Assembly: GCA_964014485.1 (NCBI GenBank)
Contig: CAXHAT010000173.1
Coordinates: 1 to 16,735 of the forward strand
DNA from: an uncultured Deferribacteres bacterium
GTDB lineage: Bacteria > Zhuqueibacterota > Zhuqueibacteria > Zhuqueibacterales > Geothermadaptataceae
Length of the DNA stretch: 16,735 nt
Reading direction: 5' to 3'
Shown: one piece after another, positions 7,384 to 15,047 of the stretch
Layout of the letters: the number at the start of each line of letters is the position of its first letter
Numbering within the stretch: the first letter of the stretch is position 1
Translations under genes and position numbers: made by a program
The notes under the pieces: model-generated
What the model saw: the letters and a program-made list of their open reading frames with translations, nothing else
The model's database searches: none
What the model was told of the DNA's origin: nothing

Positions 7384-7716
7384 TTATGCGCCCATTTTTT
7401 CCATGGCGTTTTGCATTTGCACGCCATGCACGAGCGTGATTCCGGCTTCCATCGCGGCGGCGACGTGGACGGCTTCGGTCATTTGATCTGGGTTGGCGCC
7501 GTTTTCAAGGCAGGCGGTTGTGTATGCGTCGATGCAGTAAGGGCATTTTTGGGCGTGAGAAACGGCTAAGGCGATCAGGGCTTTTTCGCGCTTGGTCAAG
7601 GCGCCGTCTTGTCCCGTAACCAGATTGTAATACTCGAAAAACTTGTCCATCAATTCTTTGCGAAATTTCCCGACGTCGCCGAATTTTTTCAAATCTTTCG
7701 ATTCGTAGTAGTGCAT
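7384..7716 (-). CDS. AhpD/CMD-family peroxidase-like protein associated with ArsS loci
   Basis: GALTKREKALIALAV, CPYCIDAY, EAVHVAAA, TLVHGVQM. ATG at 7716 follows AGGAGA (7726-7721), preferred over the ORF-track start at 7824. Confidence 0.85.
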   Translation of the reverse strand: MHYYESKDLKKFGDVGKFRKELMDKFFEYYNLVTGQDGALTKREKALIALAVSHAQKCPYCIDAYTTACLENGANPDQMTEAVHVAAAMEAGITLVHGVQMQNAMEKMGA

Positions 7717-7752
7717 TTTCTCTCCTATACCCTTGAAAAAACAAAACGTGTT

Positions 7753-7778
7753 GACATATGAACGATCATTCATGCGTC
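7753..7778. promoter_or_regulatory. 12-2-12 imperfect palindrome with TGAA-N6-TTCA core (ArsR/SmtB-type operator, or ARG-box-like)
   Basis: GACATATGAACG-AT-CATTCATGCGTC has 9/12 symmetric positions, lies about 37 bp upstream of the ars cluster start, and overlaps a plus-strand TTGACA at 7751-7756. Confidence 0.55.
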
Positions 7779-7890
7779 GAATAGGGAAATAAATATAGAC
7801 ATGCAAACAGTTCCAACCCGCCAATCATTCCCGCGCTAAAGCGATTCGTGAAAAACCGCGAAAAAAGTTGGAATTCATGCTGAATCTTGT

Positions 7891-7982
7891 AACTTTTCCC
7901 CCCGATTCATTCATCGTTATTTGCTTCGCATCATTCGTCATTCTTCGAAAAAAATGACGCGTAGCAAATGACCATAAATGAC
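7891..7982. repeat. GTCATT/AATGAC palindromic element, copy 1 (degenerate)
   Basis: Arms TCATTCATCGTTATTTGCTTCGCATCATT (7907-7935) and AATGACGCGTAGCAAATGACCATAAATGA (7953-7981) are 24/29 complementary; preceded by AACTTTTCCCC; similar to 12396-12507. Confidence 0.75.
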
Positions 7983-8014
7983 AGCGTCAGCGTTTTAAAA
8001 GGAGGGTTTTTAAA

Positions 8015-9268
8015 ATGTCCGTCAAAAAAGTCGTTCTCGCCTATTCGGGCGGGCTTGACACGTCAATCATCATTCCGTGGCTGAAGGAAAAATACGATTG
8101 TGAGGTGATCGCCGTCGCCGCAAATTTGGGGCAAGGGGAAGAACTGGTTGGGCTTGAAGAAAAAGCTATCGCCACTGGTGCGAGCAAGTGCTACGTGGAA
8201 GATTTACGCCATGAATTTGTACATGATTTTCTTTATCCGATGATCAAGTCCGGGGCCGTGTACGAAGGGAAATATTTGCTTGGGACTTCGGTCGCTCGTC
8301 CGCTGATCGCCCAACGGCAGGTCGAAATTGCAGAGCAGGAAGGGGCTGACGCAGTGGCCCACGGCTGTACTGGCAAAGGCAACGATCAAGTCCGTTTTGA
8401 GCTCACTTACAAGGCTCTGAACCCCAAATTGGAGGTAATCGCACCGTGGCGCGAGTGGGACATTCGCTCTCGCGAAGATGCGATAGCCTACGCCGAAGAG
8501 AAAAATATTCCGATTACCGCAAGCCGAGATAAAATTTACAGCCACGACGACAATCTCTGGCACCGCTCTTCAGAAGGCGGCGTTTTGGAAAATCCCTGGA
8601 ACGAGCCGCCGGAAGAAGTTTATAAGCTGACCGTTTCTCCTGAGGAAGCGCCGGACAAACCGACCGAACTTACGATAGAGTTCGAAAAGGGCGAGCCGTT
8701 TGGGATTAATGGGCGCAAATTGGCTCCGGTCAGTCTGCTTGAAGCCTTGAACGAGTTGGCCGGCAAAAACGGCATTGGCCGGATTGATTTAGTGGAAAAT
8801 CGTTTGGTTGGCATCAAATCTCGCGGGGTTTACGAAACGCCTGGGGGAACGCTTCTTTACGCCGCGCATCGCGAATTGGAGAGCCTCGTCTTGTCCCGGG
8901 CGGTTTTGCGGCATAAGAATACAATCGCGCCAGAGTATGCCGAATTGGTTTACAACGGCGCCTGGTTCACGCCGCTGCGCGAAAGCATGGACGCCTTTAT
9001 CGAGAGCACGCAAGCACACGTCTCCGGAAGCGTTCGAATCAAGCTTTACAAAGGCAATTGTATCATATTGGGCAGAAAATCGCCTTACTCGCTCTATCGC
9101 GAAGACTATGCGACTTTCGGTGAAGACGACGTTTACCAGCAAAAAGACGCGGAGGGTTTCATCAACCTTTACGGCCTGCCCTTAAAAGTTAAAGCTATGA
9201 TCGACATCGACGGCACCGGCCGGAGTGCCTACCACAAGCCGGATTACAGCAAATTCAAACGGGATTGA
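8015..9268 (+). CDS. argG: Argininosuccinate synthase
   Basis: [52 protein letters not shown]. Confidence 0.97.
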   Translation: MSVKKVVLAYSGGLDTSIIIPWLKEKYDCEVIAVAANLGQGEELVGLEEKAIATGASKCYVEDLRHEFVHDFLYPMIKSGAVYEGKYLLGTSVARPLIAQRQVEIAEQEGADAVAHGCTGKGNDQVRFELTYKALNPKLEVIAPWREWDIRSREDAIAYAEEKNIPITASRDKIYSHDDNLWHRSSEGGVLENPWNEPPEEVYKLTVSPEEAPDKPTELTIEFEKGEPFGINGRKLAPVSLLEALNELAGKNGIGRIDLVENRLVGIKSRGVYETPGGTLLYAAHRELESLVLSRAVLRHKNTIAPEYAELVYNGAWFTPLRESMDAFIESTQAHVSGSVRIKLYKGNCIILGRKSPYSLYREDYATFGEDDVYQQKDAEGFINLYGLPLKVKAMIDIDGTGRSAYHKPDYSKFKRD

Positions 9269-9272
9269 TTTT

Positions 9273-10670
9273 ATGGCGGAACGATACGAAAAAGTCTGGG
9301 CGGGACGGATTTCCGGGGACATAAGCCCGTTAATGGAAGCGTTTTCCCGCTCCATCGAAGTGGATCGGCTCATGTGGCGGGAAGACGTTGCTGTGAATAA
9401 AGCCTGGGCTTTTTCTTTGCGGGAAATCGGCGTCTATTCCGAGGCTGAGTTAGGCCAGGTTCAAGCGGCCCTGGAGCAAATTTCGCTGGAATTCGCGGAT
9501 GATCAATTCGAGTTTTTACCCAGCGATGAAGACATTCATGTTGCCGTTGAACGCCGGCTGACTGAGTTGGCGGGCGAGGCGGGAGCGCGCATTCACACCG
9601 GACGCAGCCGTAATGACCAGGTCGCAACGGACGCCCGCTTATATGTCAAGAGAAAGCTTGGAGATTGGCGGGCGACGCTGGTCGATTTGCAAACTGTACT
9701 TTTGCAAATCGCGGAAGAAAACCAAGGCGCCATTTTGCCCGGCTACACGCATTTGCAGCAAGCGCAGCCGATTTTGTTGTCCCACTATATTTTGGCGGTA
9801 TTCTGGGGCGTGGATCGCACGATCTCAAGATTGGATGATTTTGGGAAACGGCTGGACGTCATGTCGCTGGGCGGCGGGGCTTTGGCTGGCGCCGCTTTTG
9901 AGATTGACCGTGTAAAATTGGCGGAAAGGCTGGGGTTTGCGCAAATTTCTGAGAACAGCATCGATGCGACCGGCGAACGTGACTTTTGCGCCGAAACGCT
10001 TTTTGTCATCGGCGCTTTTTTCACGCATCTCAGTCGGGCTTGCGCCGAAATGCAATTGTGGAACTCCGCAGAATATGGTTTCATTGATTTCTCCGACGCT
10101 TTTGCGACCGGCAGCAGCATGATGCCGCAGAAGAAAAACCCTGACGCTATGGAGCTTATCAGAGGCAAAGCCGCCGCTGCAATTTCCGCCTCAAACCAGA
10201 TTCTTATTCTACAAAAGGGCCTGCCGTTGACTTACAATCGTGATTTGCAGGAAGACAAATTCAGTACTTACCGGCAAATTGACGAAGCGATTATAGCAAC
10301 GCAAGTTTTTTCAGAAGCGATGGCCGGGGCTGAATTCCAGAAAGAAAAAATGAAGCAAGCCATCGACGATTTGACGCTTGCTACCGACCTGGCCGATTAT
10401 CTCGTGCGTAAAGGCGTCGCCTTCCGCCAGGCTCATTCCGTGGCTGGTCGGGCTGTTCAGCATGCAATTGAAAATAAGATTCCCCTGGAAAAAATTCCTT
10501 TGACAACGCTTATCAATCTCCATCCCGCCTTTGAAAATGATGTTTACGATGACTTGACTTTCGATGCGAGTTTGGAAAAAAGAAACATTTACGGCGGCGT
10601 GGGAAAACGGGCTGTTTTGCATCAAATTGAAAGCGCTCGGAAGCAATTGGCGGGTTATCGTCAAGTTTAA
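9273..10670 (+). CDS. argH: Argininosuccinate lyase
   Basis: DEDIH, HTGRSRNDQ, PGYTHLQQAQP, GSSMMPQKKNPD, YNRDLQEDK; ATG 4 nt after the argG stop. Confidence 0.96.
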   Translation: MAERYEKVWAGRISGDISPLMEAFSRSIEVDRLMWREDVAVNKAWAFSLREIGVYSEAELGQVQAALEQISLEFADDQFEFLPSDEDIHVAVERRLTELAGEAGARIHTGRSRNDQVATDARLYVKRKLGDWRATLVDLQTVLLQIAEENQGAILPGYTHLQQAQPILLSHYILAVFWGVDRTISRLDDFGKRLDVMSLGGGALAGAAFEIDRVKLAERLGFAQISENSIDATGERDFCAETLFVIGAFFTHLSRACAEMQLWNSAEYGFIDFSDAFATGSSMMPQKKNPDAMELIRGKAAAAISASNQILILQKGLPLTYNRDLQEDKFSTYRQIDEAIIATQVFSEAMAGAEFQKEKMKQAIDDLTLATDLADYLVRKGVAFRQAHSVAGRAVQHAIENKIPLEKIPLTTLINLHPAFENDVYDDLTFDASLEKRNIYGGVGKRAVLHQIESARKQLAGYRQV

Positions 10671-10700
10671 CGAAAACCTGTGACCATGTTGACATAAATC

Positions 10701-10729
10701 TTGACAATCGGGCTCTCGAAAGATATATT
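10701..10729 (+). promoter_or_regulatory. Sigma70-type promoter for the SpoIIE/TPR gene
   Basis: TTGACA (10701-10706), 17-bp spacer, TATATT (10724-10729). A second TTGACA lies 12 bp upstream (10689-10694). Confidence 0.7.
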
Positions 10730-10839
10730 CAACGCATCGAAAACGTACGCCTTTTCCGCAAAAAATAAATCCGGAAGTTCGTGAAATGTTTGGCGCACGA
10801 ACGGCCGGTCACGCCGCACCCAATCTTCTTTGAGTCATT

Positions 10840-12387
10840 ATGTACGAAGTTAGCGGACCAGAGTGGGGAGTCAGCAAGGCGAAATTCAGCCCTGACGAAA
10901 CCAATAATGATCTGCGGCAACCGTTAAGCACGGGGGTCTATCCCTATATTCCCAAAGGTCGCCAAAAACGCAGCGGCCTGCTGGTTGATTTTCTGGCGCT
11001 GCACGGCGCTTCCGCGGGGAAAAACCACATCGATTTGCTCATGCTCGGAGAAAATCGGTACGGCGTTTTGCTCATCAATTTACCTTCCAGCATCGGCGCT
11101 TCCGACGAAGATCTGGCCGTTTTGAAGTCTGCCCTTCGCGACAAAAAATCATCATCTTCAGCCGCTGAAACGCTCCGCGCTTTGGACAAGTTTTTTAGCG
11201 AATCCCTGCCAGCTTCTGCTGGCGTTCAAGCTTTTTATTCAATTTTTGATCAGCAAAAGCGCGCGGTGAATTTTTCCAGCGCCGCACACACGCCCATGTT
11301 GCTTTTTCGGCCTGATGACAAGAAGGTTTTTCGTCTTGGCTGCGAAGGAAACGCGCTTGGTTTATCGCCGCAAGCTTACAAGGATTTTAACGGGCAAGTG
11401 CGAAACACAGCGCCTAGTCTGGTCAGCGAAAACGTCAAGATTCGCCAACACGATTTGCTCATCATGCATTCTCCCGGCGTTGTAGATGCGACAAACGCCT
11501 GGGGCGAGCCGTTTGGCTTGCAAAGATTTCTGAAAGTGATCATAAAGTACGGCCACATGCAGCCGACGCCGTTTTTGGTTGAATTGCAGAACGCGCTGGA
11601 GCAATTCACGATGGGCGAGCCTTACAAATACGACACGACGGCGGTCGCGCTCAAAAACATGCTGCCGGACGTACCGCCAAACGGCCATATCATTGACGAA
11701 GTGCAGGATAGATTCCTGACAGTTGATGAAGAAGGACAATTGCAGAAATCGTCGGAAAAACACCCGGAAGCGCGCGTCCAGGAATTGACCAATCTTTTGG
11801 GCGCACGTTACCAAAGTTTGGGCGAAGAGAGAGTTCGCTATTATTTAACCTCAGGAAGTAAGCACGGCCTGACGGATCGCGAGCGCAAATTGCAGAAGGA
11901 AGAGAACAAGCGCTTTGAAAGCCTTGAAAAATATCTGCAGCGGCAGTTGCTGCAGTCCTTCCCGATTCGAGAATTGTTGTATCGCAAATACGAATTTCGC
12001 GGCAACACGACGGCGATTCAAAAAGCGCTCGATTTTTACCAAAAGGGCGATTTTCAGCAGAGCTTGGTCGAGTTCATAAAAGTTCGTAAAGCCATTGCCG
12101 ACAGTGAGTCGGTGTTCTGCTTTTTTGGCAACCTCTATTTGTTGCTCAACCTTTCGATCAAGGCGCGGCAAGAATACATGAAAGCTCTGCAGCTTAACCC
12201 GCGCTGCGTCCACGCCTTCCTTGCCTTGGGCTACATTTCTCTGATCCACGGGGACTACGACGGAACGATTTATTATCTTTCCACCGCGCTGCGTTTCGAC
12301 AACGATCTTGAAATCTACGAGAAATTCCTTGCCGACCTGGTCAAGTCTCTTGACAAGCAAAGCGGCTTGCGTGAATGGGTCGCCTAA
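10840..12387 (+). CDS. Degenerate SpoIIE/RsbU (PP2C-like) domain protein with C-terminal TPR repeats
   Basis: Fold landmarks FYSIFD, SSAAHTPMLL, GNALGL, GVVDATN..GEPFG and QFT.GEP..DTT. C-terminal TPR-like segments (FGNLYLL...ARQEYMKALQLNP; AFLALGYI...TALRFD). Start codon uncertain because the SD is weak. Confidence 0.75.
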   Translation: MYEVSGPEWGVSKAKFSPDETNNDLRQPLSTGVYPYIPKGRQKRSGLLVDFLALHGASAGKNHIDLLMLGENRYGVLLINLPSSIGASDEDLAVLKSALRDKKSSSSAAETLRALDKFFSESLPASAGVQAFYSIFDQQKRAVNFSSAAHTPMLLFRPDDKKVFRLGCEGNALGLSPQAYKDFNGQVRNTAPSLVSENVKIRQHDLLIMHSPGVVDATNAWGEPFGLQRFLKVIIKYGHMQPTPFLVELQNALEQFTMGEPYKYDTTAVALKNMLPDVPPNGHIIDEVQDRFLTVDEEGQLQKSSEKHPEARVQELTNLLGARYQSLGEERVRYYLTSGSKHGLTDRERKLQKEENKRFESLEKYLQRQLLQSFPIRELLYRKYEFRGNTTAIQKALDFYQKGDFQQSLVEFIKVRKAIADSESVFCFFGNLYLLLNLSIKARQEYMKALQLNPRCVHAFLALGYISLIHGDYDGTIYYLSTALRFDNDLEIYEKFLADLVKSLDKQSGLREWVA

Positions 12388-12395
12388 CCTGAACG

Positions 12396-12507
12396 AACTT
12401 TCCCCAAAAACTGTCATTTGTCGTCATTTGCTTCGCGTCATTTTGTTGTCATTGACTCCGCGTCATTGGATGATGAAAATGACGCGAAGCAAATGACAAC
12501 GAATGAC
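12396..12507. repeat. GTCATT/AATGAC palindromic element, copy 2
   Basis: Perfect 22-bp IR GTCATTTGCTTCGCGTCATTTT (12423-12444) / AAAATGACGCGAAGCAAATGAC (12476-12497); outer GTCATT/AATGAC; internal degenerate arm at 12448-12467; preceded by AACTTTCCCC. Confidence 0.85.
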
Positions 12508-12617
12508 TCATTCACAACCACACGGCTGATCGACGCACTGAAATCCTTTGCTTCTGTGAATGAAGGCCTTTAGCTTCAAAAGTCTTTCATCCCTGTCATC
12601 ATTTCTCGGAGGCTTCA

Positions 12618-14972
12618 ATGCGTTTTTCCGTTCCTGCCCAAATCCGTACCTTACCTGCATTTTTAGCGATTTTTTGTTTCACTCTCATTTTTACAGACGC
12701 GATAAAAAGTCAAACATCGCCGTACTCCCCGGAAAAATTAAGCGTGAACGATTATGCCCGAGCCGAGCAATTCGCCATTCGCAACGCTGAGCGTTTCACG
12801 AGCGGGACCGTCGTTACGCCGCGTTGGATCGATTCGAATCGGTTTTGGTATCGCAATCAGGTTTTTGGCGGACATGAGTTTGTTGTCGTGGATATTGCTG
12901 CGCGAACGCGAAATGCGGCGTTCGATCATTCCCGTTTGGCCGCCGCTCTTTCCCATGCCGCCGGAGCCAGTTATGCCGGAGAAAAACTGCCCTTCGATGA
13001 AATCGAATTCGTCGGCGGAAATGCAATTCGAGTTTACACCGACAAAACGAAGCGGTGGCGAATTGATCTGAGTAATTACCAAGTATCCGGGCCAGATTCC
13101 GTCGAGAAAGTCACCAATGAAATCAAATCGCCGGACGGAACGATGGCGGCGTTTTCGCGCGACGAAAATTTGTGGGTGCGCGATCTTTCCAGTGGCGAAG
13201 AGCGACAATTAAGCACGGACGGCGAGCCGTACTACGGCTACGGCGTGACGCCAGAAGGCTGTTGCCAGGAAATCACCAATCGTCGGCGCGGGTTCAAGCC
13301 GCCGCCGGTGCTCGCATGGTCGCCGGACAGCCGCTACGTCGCGACGCATCGTTATGACGAGCGGGAAGTCGGCGATTACTACCTGCTCGAAACGAAAACA
13401 GGCCGTCCAACCCTTCATAGCTACAAGTACGCCTTGCCCGGCGACGAGAACATCCCGACCTGGGAAATGCACGTGTTCGACGGTAAGTCTGGCGAAAGCG
13501 TGAAAGCGGAAACCGATCCCATGCCGGGCTATTTTGCTCGTACCGATACGACTTGGGCAACGGCGCAATGGACGAAAGACGGCAAACGTCTGTTCTTCAC
13601 CAGCCATGCGCGTGATTTTAAAAAACAGGAATTGTTCGAAATCGATCCGGCGACGGGCGAAACGCGCTCAGTAATTGCGGAGACCGGCCCGACGTACGTC
13701 GAACTGAACCAACTCACCCGCGTGCCGCCGAACTGGCGTATTTTGGGCGACGGCGGGGAAATCTTGTGGTTTTCAGAACGCGACGGTTGGGGGCATTTGT
13801 ATCTCTACGACGCGGAGTCCGGCGATCTGAAGCGACAAGTCACCAAAGGCTCTTGGCTGGTTTTGGAAATTCTGCTCGTCGATGAAAACGCAAGGCAAGT
13901 TTATTTCACAGCCGTTGGAAGAGAAGCCGGGCGCGATCCTTATCTGCGCCATCTTTACAGTGCATCCCTCGACGGCGGCGAAGTTAAGCTGCTTTCCCCG
14001 GAAGACGCTGATCACAACGCGCGCGTATCACCAGGCGGCAATTACTTTATCGATACTTTTTCGACGCGATCAACCGCGCCGGTCACAGTTTTACGCGCCC
14101 TCAACGGACAAAAAGTGATGACGATTCAAGATGCGGATATCGCGCCGCTTCTTGAAGCAGGCTGGAATCCGCCGGTGCGCTTCAAAGCCAAAGCCCGCGA
14201 CGGCGTGACCGACGTTTACGGCTTTTTGACCCTGCCCCGAAATCTCGAAGAAGGCAAGCTCTATCCGGTGGTCGATTACGTCTACCCCGGCCCGCAAATC
14301 GGGCCGATTCGGAGTCCGGGATTTACCACAGCGCCAGCTTCGCAGGGACACGCTTTGGCCGAGCTTGGCTTTGTCGTGTTTGTCATCGAGGCCCTTGGCA
14401 CGCCTTATCGTTCGAAGGCTTTTCACGACGGCTACTACGAAAATATGGGCGATAATGGCTTACCCGATCATATTTCGGCGCTCCGACAACTTGCGGCGAA
14501 ATATCCGCTCGACCTTGACCGCGTCGGCATTTACGGCCATTCCGGCGGCGGCTTTGCTTCGACCGACGCCATTTTGCGTCATCCCGATTTTTTCAAAGTC
14601 GCGGTCTCCGGAGCCGGCAACCACGACAATCGCGGCTATCATTTCCCTTGGGCGGAAAAATATCAAGGCTTGCTGGAGAAAAATGCCAACGGCGGCGATA
14701 ATTACGATTCGCAAGCCAACCAAGAGCTCGCCGCCAGTCTTAAAGGCAAATTACTGCTGCACTACGGCTCACTTGATGACAACGTCCATCCGAACATGAC
14801 CCTGCTCGTCGCGCAAAAGCTCATCGAACACAACAAGGATTTCGACATGCTTGTCCTGCCGAATCGCAACCACGGCTATTCACGCGAGAAATACATCGTG
14901 CGTCGCACCTGGGACTATTTTGTTCGACATCTTATGGGCGCAGAACCGCCCAAGGAATATAAAATGAATTGA
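12618..14972 (+). CDS. S9B family dipeptidyl-peptidase IV-like secreted serine peptidase
   Basis: Signal peptide; DPPIV_N propeller (WSPDS, SERDGWGHLY); YPGPQ; nucleophile GHSGGG; DDNVH; NRNHG. Confidence 0.92.
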   Translation: MRFSVPAQIRTLPAFLAIFCFTLIFTDAIKSQTSPYSPEKLSVNDYARAEQFAIRNAERFTSGTVVTPRWIDSNRFWYRNQVFGGHEFVVVDIAARTRNAAFDHSRLAAALSHAAGASYAGEKLPFDEIEFVGGNAIRVYTDKTKRWRIDLSNYQVSGPDSVEKVTNEIKSPDGTMAAFSRDENLWVRDLSSGEERQLSTDGEPYYGYGVTPEGCCQEITNRRRGFKPPPVLAWSPDSRYVATHRYDEREVGDYYLLETKTGRPTLHSYKYALPGDENIPTWEMHVFDGKSGESVKAETDPMPGYFARTDTTWATAQWTKDGKRLFFTSHARDFKKQELFEIDPATGETRSVIAETGPTYVELNQLTRVPPNWRILGDGGEILWFSERDGWGHLYLYDAESGDLKRQVTKGSWLVLEILLVDENARQVYFTAVGREAGRDPYLRHLYSASLDGGEVKLLSPEDADHNARVSPGGNYFIDTFSTRSTAPVTVLRALNGQKVMTIQDADIAPLLEAGWNPPVRFKAKARDGVTDVYGFLTLPRNLEEGKLYPVVDYVYPGPQIGPIRSPGFTTAPASQGHALAELGFVVFVIEALGTPYRSKAFHDGYYENMGDNGLPDHISALRQLAAKYPLDLDRVGIYGHSGGGFASTDAILRHPDFFKVAVSGAGNHDNRGYHFPWAEKYQGLLEKNANGGDNYDSQANQELAASLKGKLLLHYGSLDDNVHPNMTLLVAQKLIEHNKDFDMLVLPNRNHGYSREKYIVRRTWDYFVRHLMGAEPPKEYKMN

Positions 14973-15047
14973 TTTCATCTGGACGACGCTGGCCATTCAA
15001 AAATAGACGGGAGATTGTGGCCGGAAAATAAAATCTGTGGAGGAGAG

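Noticed and set aside
1201..7716. Phytase and ars genes as one phosphate-starvation island
   Set aside because: Opposite strands, separated by tfoX and degP with a terminator, and no Pho box recognised; proximity alone is insufficient.
7751..7780. TTGACA as a complete argG promoter
   Set aside because: No acceptable -10 hexamer at 16-18 bp spacing.
7993..8015. TTTTAAAA-GGAGGGT-TTTTAAAA hairpin around the argG SD
   Set aside because: An all-AU stem with the SD mostly in the loop; too weak to claim a regulatory role.
12396..12512. CRISPR array
   Set aside because: Units are inverted and nested with no unique spacers of regular length, and there are no cas genes.
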